From: Lytechinus pictus
Taxonomy: Eukaryota
NCBI RefSeq assembly: GCF_037042905.1
Contig: NC_087250.1
Span: 12,960,001-13,024,000, forward strand
Direction: 5' to 3'
DNA: 64,000 nucleotides
This document shows positions 48,496 through 60,320 of this stretch, in pieces (within the stretch, counting starts at the first letter, position 1; each line of letters starts with the position of its first letter). Made by a program: the position numbers and the translations under genes. The notes under the pieces were generated by a model. It ran no database searches and had not been told where the DNA came from. It saw nothing but the letters and a program-made list of their open reading frames with translations.

Positions 48496-51218
48496 TAGGG
48501 CTGGGACTAAAACCCGGGTACCCGAGTAGAAAAATCAATACCCGATACCCGAAAATTGCTCACCAGTATAATGTACATGTATTTGATTTGTATTGCATAG
48601 TGTAAGACATGATTGTAACTCATTACAAAAGTACACAAGCCTCATTTTGAATTTCACCAATTACCCTCTAAATATCCATAAATATACAAGTTTTCAAGTG
48701 ATGATGATGTGACCGAGATCGTTCAATCATCGCCATGTTTCTTTTGCAGCGCAGTGACGTCATCCAGCCACTGCGACGCAAACCAATTTATGAATGAAAA
48801 TATAGTAAGCATTAAGCCTGAGTCATATCGATTATTTTGAAAACCGGTGTTCGACAGCTTTAATTCGATCGAACATCGATGCATCGAAATTTGAAGGCGG
48901 GGAAAATCGAGTCTTTTTTTGGCTCCGGCCGGCCGTCGATGCATGCGCTATGCATGCACTACATGCACTAACGGTCTGCGCTGGCCGGGTGAGCGTTGCA
49001 AAAGCAAATGACAGAGCAAAGTTCGTTTGTATTTTCCATGATCACAAAACACAAAAAAGGCCGGGGAGCAATGCAGAATTCTTCCCAAAATATCTTCAAC
49101 CATGATATCTGCAGATGATAAGATATAAGTTTAAAATGAAACAATATTAAAGACATGAATCACGCAGAGTCGATCCGAATGATTTTCGGTCAACTAGCAT
49201 TCGCAGTCCAGACTCGCACACACCAGCCCCGTACACTCACTCTCCCGAAACGACAGGCGTGCTTGCCAGCGCCATCTAACAAGTGCAAACAGCGGGGAGA
49301 GCGTTGTAACTTGCCTGAGATTGTGTAGTTGGCGGGGTAGTTAGATCCAAAATTAGCTCCAAATAAATTGATGGGAATAAATACGTAATTTTCTCTGGAT
49401 GGTCATTTGAATTGGTATTCAATGCTGATATAACGATTGTGAGGAAAGATTGTGGAATATGAGTTCTGGCGATGTTCGAGATTTAATCCTGATAATGATA
49501 ATCCATTTTTTTTAGACACAAGAGCTTTGTGATCGAAATAAATACGAATTCTTGGATCGAGCTCTAAATTAATATAAATTATTATTGGATGTTAAATAAT
49601 TACGATTTAATAAGATTTTATGGCCATACTAAAAGTATTGACGATGTCAGCAAAGTATGTTATGTTCATATGGAAGAATTAATAGTATTATACTGGCATT
49701 ATTTTTATTTTTTATTCCATCTCTGGACGTCTCCGAGCTCCGGCTCCGAGAAAAGAAGCACAATGCGCATGCGCGTTCGATGACGTCTGACATATTTTCC
49801 ATTCATGAAATCAGAGCCCAAAGTTGGGCACAAACAAGCTTCATATTGATGGGAAAAAAATCAAACGTAATTTTTCTCTGTTTTGTCATGTAAAATATTA
49901 TTATATGGTGATATTATGATCTTCAAGAGAGTTTCTACATGTTGACAATGTTCGATAATCAATCCTAACGTGATAATTATTTTCTTAGACAAGTGCACTC
50001 ACTCAAGTCGATCGTCATGTGATGTCCGCCATTGAAAATTTAAACGAAATACAAACGTTTCACATCAAGCTCTAAGTTCATATTAATGATTATCATATGC
50101 AAATTATTGTTAAATATTACGATTAAATCATGTTCTATGGTCATGATATTAATATTGTTCATGAAAAGCAAGATATACTTTACGTTGATCGCATCAATTT
50201 TCCGGCCATTTTCTGATTTGATTGACAGTACGGTACTGCGCATGCACGATGAATGGCGACTTCCATTCATAAAGTCATCGTGCATAAATTATCTCGGCAC
50301 AAGCAGACGAGCCGGGCAGACGAGTAAGACTAGAACTATGATCAAAATAAACTTCAAATTAATGGTGAATAGGCATCATAATTACACAATCGGTTTCATT
50401 TTGGGGGCAATATAAATGAAGTAAGTAGTAGTCAAGTTGGATATTACTGTTTATTTTGATGTCTGATTGTGTGAACCAAATGAATCGGCCAGCCGACGTA
50501 TTTTTTTTTTTTTTTCGATGCACCGATTTTGCAAAATCTGCACCGGCGTTCGATGACATCGATCGAACATCGATTTTAAAATCGATTCGACTCAGGCTTA
50601 GTAAGCATGCGCATTGCAAGCCTCAGCCCCACGCAGTATTACGTCAAAACAAGTCTGCAATACTCTGTCACCTCATACCAAAATCGACCTACGAAGCACC
50701 AGCCAATCACGTTCTTGTTACCATTTTTAGTTCATCATAAACCGAAAATGGGAACACGATCGTGATTGGCTGGCGCATTTGACGCTCCGAAACCCGGAAA
50801 TCAATTGACTTTGTTCACGTAGCGATACAAACTCACGAACACGATGTAATATCGATGCTACTTCGTAAGATTTTGACGGAAAAGCAAGAATAAAAATTTG
50901 CTTACCTGTGCAGTATCGGTGAGAAAACCTTTTATAATTCATATGATATATAGGAAAGTGGAATTCTAGGTCGATTTTGGTACGAGGTGACAGAGTATTG
51001 AAACTTGTTTCGATGGAATACTGCGTGGGGCACGGGAGGCTTGCAATGCGCATGCTTACTATATTTTCATTCATAAATTGGCTTGCATCGCATTGGCTTG
51101 ATGACGTCACCTATGGGGTGTTTCCACCAGTCATATTTCAAGTGACATGATTTTCAGGTACCCACCCGAAAATTACCACGGGTACCCGAAGAGAAAAAAC
51201 CCGAAAGTCCCAGGCCTA
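48496..51218. mobile_element. hAT-type non-autonomous element (8-bp TSD CATACAAC)
   Basis: TIRs TAGGGCTGGGACT / AGTCCCAGGCCTA; ACCCG subterminal repeats; TSD at 48488-48495 and 51219-51226. Confidence 0.88.
48813..50600. mobile_element. hAT-type element (8-bp TSD GTAAGCAT) inserted in the left arm of a foldback (48754-51110)
   Basis: TIRs TAAGCCTGAGTC / GACTCAGGCTTA; ATCGAT repeats; TSD at 48805-48812 and 50601-50608. Confidence 0.88.
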
Positions 51219-52673
51219 CATACAACTCTTTGTTTTTTTTTATACTTTATCAAAGCTTTTATGATTATAAATGTAATTAAATAATTTGACTTGATAAATG
51301 TATATTACTGGTATACTAATTGTGAATTTTTAGCAAGAAACAGTATTTGTGTTGGATTAATACATAAAAATGTTGCGAAATTTCGGAACAGCGTACCCAG
51401 GCATCACAAATTTGGTCTCAAAAGATGTGCAAGACTTGAAAGTAAAAAGGCAGCTAACAGCCTCCCAGTTATTAACCCTTAGTTAAATTGGACCAATTTG
51501 ACCCCCCCCTTCCAAAAATTTTGCGACCATGCTGTCGCACAATTTTTTTAAAACATGCCTCTTTCTAGTCTTGTGCATCTTTTGAGACCAATCTTGTGTC
51601 ACCCGGTACGTGGTTCTGTAATAACGTGACATTATGTAAGTACATGTCATACCAAAAATTGCTCAAAAACGTGATTTTGTGTACAAGGTCAATGCAATAG
51701 AGGAAAAAGTATGATTTTGTATTCTAATTACGCATAAATTAGTATTATCACTTACTAACAATTTGCGTGAAATAATTTACAATTTAATTTGGTAAATTAT
51801 GCCCTAGACAACCCATGTGCCAATGTTAGACGCGATTGTGCGGTCAAGATCTCAAGGAAGGGGGGGGGGGCCCTGGAAACCCCCCCTCCCCCCTTCCCCG
51901 GCCATATCAACTCCCAAAATACCCTGGCTTTAGTTGACTTTCTGGCTCCTCTTGAGTAGTCACCATTCATTGGACAGCTTGTTTTTATCCAAGTCTGTAT
52001 AGCACGAGGCAGCTTAATCTGTAGAAAAAAAAACACATACCATTACGATAACATGAACAACATAAAAATACAAGAAATAAGGTGTTTTGCCCCCATCTAG
52101 ATCTCTTTCACAAGTACATATCTATCGGATAATGAGGTCCTTGCGGCTATCTCTCTTAGCATATTCTTGCTTATAAAAGCAAACTAAGCCGAAGAGTGAC
52201 AAACAATTTATAATGCAAACAAATTGTCATAAGCACATATTGAAACTCTTTAATAAAACAATGAAGAATAAATCTACATCTTCTAACAAGGATTACACTG
52301 TATGCCACTGCATGAATACAATCTGCTTAATTTTGTAATTATAATATCTACTGAAGTGAATGCCTATATAATCACCTTTTATGAACTCCAACCGTGTCTT
52401 GTACAAGAACATGGCCTTTTCTGTGTACACCTGTAGTATCTTTCCCACATAATGCTGGACTTGCTGCTCGATCATCCAGAGATCCCTCTTTGGATCTTTA
52501 ATGAAATGAAATGAATTTGAGTGACATAGTAAAATTTTATTTGCAGGTTAATACAAATACATGATGTAATAAAAATACATGATAAAACTTCTTCATTTCC
52601 ATATTTCAGTGTTACAATTCAGGTGCAAAGAGTCATATTCTTTAATAATATTCAACATAAAATCAATGAAAAC

Positions 52674-53641
52674 TAGTGCTGTTGTTGATAGGCCTCATAT
52701 CGACATTGATGTCGACATACGAAGGATTTTCAAAATTCCGACATGTCGACATGCACGCACCCACATCGACATGTAAACATAAAATAAAAAGGGGTCTAGC
52801 CTACAATCACGAGTGTAAAGATTAGCTGAAAAGTTAGAAGCATTTATCCACAGTAATTGGCGCGATTAAAAGGTTTATTCAGCTTAGCAGCGCATTAAAT
52901 GAAAAAAAGAATATCTGCGAGCTGTGCGGCAGTAGAAATACGTCAGTGCAGGGCCGGCCTGCCCGATCGAGCCGCCCTCGATATCCCGTTATAGCGAGAG
53001 TAGCATTCACCGTACCCATCGCGCGCTATTCACCGTGCTTGATAATACGTTGCTCCTCAATGCATTACTTTTCACATAAACGTGAGCAGCAGCGAACACG
53101 TGTTTTTGTCAAAGTTGTGACTGCCGCAATTGAGCGCTTACTTCATATCACGAAGTCACAGAAAACTTCCCTTCATTCGTTTGGAGATCGTTGCACGGAT
53201 CGCCGCGGAAGTGATACTGAAATTATCGGTCGATTTTCATTACTTTTCATTGTCAAATTGAGGAGCTTGCGTTTGCAGCAATGATCACTGTTGTAATTGG
53301 TGATTCTCAAATTGGCTACGAGTGTTATTGAGCAATGCTTTCGAAACCGGATCCTGGTACAAAAACTTGATTCTCCAGAAAAAAAATGTGGATTAAATCA
53401 GTGATTTTGGAAGCTCAATTCCCGAACTGAGCCTGTATTATATAGATCTAGTGTGGGGATATCACTCGTGTCAAGGTGAATATATTTGATTGAGAGTGTT
53501 GTTCCACGATCGAATGCGTTTTTTTTATGTTAGGGAGCCCAGGCTAAATTACGGTCCCTTTTTCATGTCGACATTGTCGATGTCGGGATTAATTTTTAAG
53601 CGACATGTCGACATGGATTTTTGTTCCCGACAACAGCACTA
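52674..53641. mobile_element. hAT-type element (8-bp TSD ATGAAAAC)
   Basis: TIRs TAGTGCTGTTGT / ACAACAGCACTA; ATGTCGACAT subterminal repeats; TSD at 52666-52673 and 53642-53649. Confidence 0.88.
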
Positions 53642-54112
53642 ATGAAAACATTAAAAGTAGAGGAGCATTTTAACCTTACTCACAGTCTGTTATTGTCGCT
53701 AAAGTCTTTACAATAAGAAGATTGGGCACTTTGCCGACATCGCGTAATGCTTTGCATCGATTTACATGTATAATAGTCTTTGTGCCTAGTCTTTTCTATG
53801 TAGTGTCTTTAATATGTAGATAAAACATGCGTCCTTTAGCTAGTTAGACGAACAATTTTGGAAATTAAAGACGGATCCATATTTTATCAACCGGAAGAGA
53901 AATTAGTGCTTAAATGAAGCTATTTGAGGGATATTGATGATATTTAGGGTGAATTGACTTCACATCTTTTCGTAAGTTTGTCATGTTCATAGAAGGCCGG
54001 ACTTGATTTTATAGAAACCTCTTTTAAATTTGTGGGATTGCCTACCTCGAGTGAAGTTTGTGCAGGCTCCACTCCACTTCACTATTGCTACACTACGCTC
54101 CACCTACCCAAA

Positions 54113-54643
54113 CTTTGAGACCGTGAACTGGATCTGCCGATCTGATATTCCGAGTGACAAAAAGTGGGATCTTATGGGGGGGGGGATATCAAATTCATGC
54201 AACATCACGCTCTTTAAAAAAATTAAAACTAATATTCTTCCTGCACACAAAGTTTCAGTTCTTCTCCATGCCTCTATCCGTCTCAAAATTGATGATTTAG
54301 AGCCAACATGAAGTTTCTCACACGTATCAATATTCAATACATCGCATGCGTGTGAGGTCGGTCGGGTCAGACCAGGCCCGGTATCTCGCGAATATTGCAT
54401 CCGCATGCAATGTTTTGAAATCGGCAGCGAATTATAAATATGTGTGAGGAACTTTATGTTGGCTCTAAATCACCAATTTTGAGACTGATAAAAGCATGGA
54501 ACTAAATGAAACTTTGTGTAAAGTAAGAATATTAGTTTTAATTCTTTTTAAAAATCAAGATGTTGCATGAATTTTATATTCCCCACCCCCATAAAATCCC
54601 ACCTCTGTCACTCAGAATATCAGATCGAGTTCATGGTCTCGAA
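54113..54643. mobile_element. Diverged foldback element (arms of about 210 bp)
   Basis: 54113-54323 is the imperfect reverse complement of 54441-54643 (e.g. GATTTAGAGCCAACAT / ATGTTGGCTCTAAATC); no TSD was identified. Confidence 0.7.
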
Positions 54644-57600
54644 GTTCGCGTCTGTAACGTTGGCGAAGAACAATAGAAAACAAGATGGCGGCGTAAACAT
54701 CGGGCAAGTCTCTTCCGTCTAATCATGATATTTTTCGCATTTTTTGGAATGAATTTCTTCTTCAAAAATAACGACGAGAGCGTAGAAATGTTGGAAATTA
54801 AGTTTTATCCCATGTACATGATTTAGGTCTAACGTTAGGCTAGATCTTTTAGAAGGAAAGTAGAAATCTCGGGGCCGGGGGTGAAAGTTTCAAGTTTTGG
54901 CTTCCTCTGTGTGGGTATATGAGAAAGGATCCCTGGCTTCATATGAGAGTGACCTTACGAAGTTACGTTAGTAAATGATTTTCACTCTCTAGAAGCCGCC
55001 TGGCTAGGCCTACAGCCATGGCATTATTCCCGATCACGATATTTTGAAAAGTGGTGGATATATTGACTTCAAATGTGACTGAGAGACTTGTCATGACATT
55101 TGGGAACAAATATTGGTGATGAGGTATGCTGGTATTAATCGGCCGGTGCGAAACTGCATTAGCGCCCACCCCTGACCTGGCTACAATCATGACAATACAA
55201 ACATCCTCACCGCCGCCATCAATATACTACTAACTTAGCCAGCCGTTGGCCGTCCCCGGCCGCGCACACCGCAGATCAGCCCCCACCCGATAAGCGATCG
55301 GGAACAACGGCAGTGCAGTGGCCGTACGGTAATGATTAAAAAGTCGAAGAAATTTAAGTGCATGCCGCGCCAAACTACGAAAAATTGATCTAACTTACTG
55401 TTTAGCCTGTTGTGTGAATGTCTTAAGAAGTCGTTGTCCGAATCTGATCCATATTCTGTTAGTTTTTGTTGAAATATTGACGGCCTTCTTCATCAAGCTT
55501 CGGGTTCAGCTGAGCAGTTACGAACGTTTTTTTTCAAATGGCGGAACCGGAAACACGTATACGGTACATACAGTCCGTGCGTTTGTACGGGGAGCTTGGA
55601 GGGGGGGGGGGGGTCTTACTTTTTACTTGGCAACCAGACAATTTGACTATTTTCGCCATCATTTATATATCATATTATTAACGTAAAGGAATTGAATAAA
55701 GTAAAATTCAAATATTTATTTCTTCTTCCTTTCTTTTTCTTTTCTATGTCTTTTAATTTTTTTCTTTCTCTTTATTCTTTTTTTTAATATAAGGATAGGA
55801 TTTAAAAACATGTCTCACAATTTTACTGAAAATATGTTATATAGGCCTACTAGTATGCAAGTAGGATGACAAAGAAAGCAATGAGGAAAATCACAGCTCC
55901 AATCCTATGTATTTTTAATTTTATTTCTTTTCAAAAACACACATTTTATCCTTTCTTGCGATCGAAGGAAAGATCCCTTTATAAGGTTCAAGTAGTAAAA
56001 GAAAATAATCTTAGATCAAGTGCCGGCAGGGTATTTTGATAAGGGGTGGAGGAGCAAGACAAGCAAACATAAAGATACCATTTTGAAGCGAAACATAAGA
56101 AAAGAGAATAACTTTGCCAACGAGGTAAAAAATAATATGATATCGGTTGTGACACTTTAAGGATGGAAAATAGTTTGAAAATATATAGATACAAACTTCA
56201 TACAAATTAGAAAAAAAGAAGCAAAATAAACTGCCATCATATGTGAACAGAGATACAAGATTGTTCTTGCAATTAAAAAACATATTTACAAACTATATAT
56301 AGCTTCGCATCATAAACATAGATTGAAAATATCCAAATTTATTTGATTTAAAAAGAAATAGATATAAACCAGCCTGGCTAACATATTGCAAGGTGGCAAA
56401 GATATAAACCGGGGATATAAAGCAAAAAATAGGCCTTAAAATGGAAATTAAATATCCTATTTTTAGTTTATCCTATTCCACCTGTAAAAAATATTGTGAA
56501 TAGGAGAACAAATATTGAAGTAATTTTATTTATAATAATATATTTGTAAGAAAATAGGTCCTTTTTACTAAAAAAAAATAAATAAATAAATAGATGGGAA
56601 ACTTGGAAAAATGTATTTTCTCGCAATAAAAACTTTAAGGGGCCAGAATCGCATTAAAACTTGGTTATGAAACGTGTAAAACAAAATCTTAGATAGCATT
56701 TTAACTGAGATTTATTTTTTAATCAACATTCAACGCTGAACTTTCTTATGTTAATTGTTTATCAATATTTTGTGAAAACAGATAGTGTGCACATCGTCAT
56801 GAATATTCATTTGGTGGGCTGATGATGTGACATTCCCATTTTTCTTTTTTAATGTTAGATATGAAATTATGATTATCTATTTTTTCAATACATGTGTAAA
56901 TAATGTGTCCCCATTGTAAAGTTGCTGCATTAAATAACTAATGCGGTTAATTAGTCGTCATTCCAATTGTTTAAGTTCTTGGTAGAAATATGTTGAATAA
57001 ATCTAATTTCATATATTGTACAAAAGAACATGGGATATGACATCATCAGCCCACCTAATGAATATTCATGAGACATGCCTAAATAAAACTGTTTCATGGG
57101 AATATTGCAAATCCTTAAAATTCAACTTAACTTCGTTATTTGTCATCCGATTTTGAATAAATTTTAAGCATTTTGTTTTGTGAATTTTACTCTATTTATT
57201 GATTATCTCTAGCGTTGACCTCCCCTTCAATTATTTTCTTGTATTGTTAGAAAGAGATGGATGAAGTAGAATAATACGTTCATGCTTATATTTTTATTCA
57301 TTACAATATCTCTTTGAAATTCAACCCGGCTTCCTCACAACCATTAAGCTCTAAGAGTGTTAGGTGTGTCCTGTATATTTCAACACGTACCCTTTTAAAT
57401 ATAGTCATTTTTTTATTATTCATCCTGTTTTTTATGAAAAATAAGTGGCGAACAAACAAAACAAAAATGATAATTGAAATTTAAAAGAGCGCATGAAAAA
57501 GAAATAACCCTGAAAACGAACAATAGTCCTCAAAATATAAGTTGCCCATTTTGGGGTCGATAATTTTTCGCATTTTTCAGTTCGCGCTTTGCTCCTAGTT

Positions 57601-58518
57601 TTGATCTAGTACGTATAGTACCCTTTCTCGTAGAAATAGAAGCTATCAAACTTAAAACCTCTGAGTCTCAGTAGGCATAACCCCCCCCCCTCGCTGATAT
57701 AGACCTACACAATGGGACAGGGTGAAATATAATTTTGAAATAGGGCCTATATGTCACACTCAATCTAGCTATCACAAAATTAAATTTTCATATAAAAAAT
57801 TGTACTTTTTAAAATGAATGGTGCCCTTTTAAGCCATATGGCCTTCTAAAAATATAAGACTCAATACGCTACTGACCTCTCCCGAAACTGAAAAAAAAGA
57901 TAAATCCCTCACTGGAAATAAAAAAATTAGTCTGTGGTACAAACAGGGCTTCCATACAAGTACTGAAGGAAACTAATTTTTTCATGTACTGTACCACAGA
58001 AAATACACCAGTAGCGTCTGTGATACAGTTTCAGTCATATTTCTGGGGTGGCTGCATGAGAAGTACCGCAGGAAATTTTGAAAGTATAGCACTGGGGTTG
58101 CCATAGAATTTTAGAAGTGCCTATATTGAGTCCTGCAGGAAATTTCAAAATTTTCATTTACCACAGAAGTATCACAGGGTTTTCATAGAAGTGTCTTTAA
58201 TAGGATCGAGTACTGCAGGAAATTTCAAAATGTTCATGTACCACAGAAGTATCACAGGGTTTCCATAGAAGTGCTTAGTAATAGGAGTACTGCAGGAAAT
58301 TAAAAAAATGTTCATATACAACAGAAGTATCGCAGGGTTGTCATAGAAGTACTGCAGGATATTTTAGAATTTTCATGTACAACAGAAGTACGACATAACT
58401 ATCACAGAGTGATATTGTATACAGTTATGTACAACAGAAGTATTACACAGGTACGACAGAGTACCATTAAGGTAATGCATGAAATTTTCATATTTTTATG
58501 TACCACAGAAGTAGAACT

Positions 58519-60320
58519 CCCAGGACCAAAATCCAGTTAAAACCAATTAGGGCAAAACCAATTGAAACCAGTTGGCCAACTGGTTTCAATAGGGAAATTG
58601 GAACAACTGGTTCCAATTGGTTCCAGTTAAAAACCAATTGAAAACCAGTTGCCAATTGGTTCCAGTTAAAACCAATTGGGCAACTGGAACCAGTTGGCAA
58701 TTGTTGTCAATTGGTTCCAGTTGTTCCAATTTCCCTATTAAAACCAATTGAATCCAAGTGGAGGCAACTGGTTTCAATTGGTTCCAGTTGAAACCAATTG
58801 GAGGCAACTGGTTTCAACTGGAACCAGTTGAAACCAATTGGTTTCCAACTGGATCCAATTGGAACTTCCAGTTGGAACGAACTTAATTAGTTACAAATTA
58901 ATTAGCATTTGCAGTAACTATTTCTCATGCCAACACAGAAGCAGTGTTATATGTCTATTAATACCAAAGTAAAGGGCATTGATAAAATACAGACTTTCAT
59001 GTATATATATTTATATGGAAGATCTTCAAATATATGTACTTTTATTTGATGTAATTTGGTAACAGTTAGTGGTGTACTAATTATCCTTTAATCTGTTTTA
59101 ATTATAATCTATAACATTTATGAACATGGTTTTCACTGCTAAGTATTCTAAATACTAATCTTTAAAAAGTGTGGTACTTGAAATTGTAAAGAATTAAATA
59201 GATACATTGTTAATGATGATTAATCTCATAAAACATTAATCTGTGCACACTGGCAAATAATATGCAAATTAACTGGTTTCAATTGGATCCAGTTGGGTAA
59301 CTGGAAAATTTCCAATTGGAAACCAATTGGAAATAATTTCCAGTTACCCAACTGGTTCCAATTAGAATTCATTTCCAGTTACCCATCTTTCCAGTTAGAA
59401 GTCATCTCAGTTACCCAATTGGTACCAGTTAGGATTTCCAGTTACACAACTGAATGGTTCAAGTTAGGATTTCCAGTTACCCAACTGGTTCCAGTTAGAA
59501 ATCATTTCCAGTTGGAAGTCATTTCCAGTTACCCAACTGGTTCCAGTTAGGATTTCCAGTTGCCCAACTGGTTCCAGTTAGAAATCATTTCCAATTGGAA
59601 GTCATTTCCAGTTACCCAACTGGTTCCAGTTAGGATTTCCAGTTGCCCAACTGGTTCCAGTTGGGATTTCCAGTTACTCAACTGGTTCCAGTAAGAAATC
59701 ATTTCCAATTGGAAGTCATTTCCAGTTACCCAACTGGTTCCAGTTAGGATTTCCAGTTGCCCAACTGGTTCCAGTTGGGATTTCCAGTTACTCAACTGGT
59801 TCCAGTTAGAAATCATTTCCAGTTGGAAGTCATTTCCAGGTACCCAACTGGTTCCAGTTAGGATTTCCAGTTGCCCAACTGGTTCCAGTTAGAAATCATT
59901 TCCAATTGGAAGTCATTTCCAGTTACCCAACTGGTTCCAGTTAGGATTTCCAGTTGCCCAACTGGTTCCAGTTGGGATTTCCAGTTACTCAACTGGTTCC
60001 AGTAAGAAATCATTTCCAATTGGAAGTCATTTCCAGTTACCCAACTGGTTCCAGTTAGGATTTCCAGTTGCCCAACTGGTTCCAGTTGGGATTTCCAGTT
60101 ACTCAACTGGTTCCAGTTAGAAATCATTCCCAATTGGAAGTCATTTCCAGTTACCCAACTGGTTCCAGTTAGGATTTCCAGTTGCCCAACTGGTTTCAAT
60201 TGGTTTCAACTGGAAATTGTTAAATTCCAGTTAAAACCAATTGAAACCAGTTGAAACCAATTGAAACCAATTGAAACCAGTTGGAAATCCAACTGGTTTC
60301 AATTGGATTTTGGTCCTGGG
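58519..60320. mobile_element. 1.8-kb CCC-terminal DNA element (2-bp TSD CT) inserted in the subterminal repeats of the 24.1-kb element
   Basis: TIRs CCCAGGACCAAAATCCA / TGGATTTTGGTCCTGGG, with CT on both sides (excision restores the AGAACTATCACAGAG repeat); CAATTG/CAACTG/CAGTTG arrays. Confidence 0.92.

Noticed and set aside
53700..53800. Minus-strand peptide KTIIHVN..LIVKT reminiscent of a small phage protein motif
   Set aside because: Too short, surrounded by stops, and not verifiable without a search; treated as chance.
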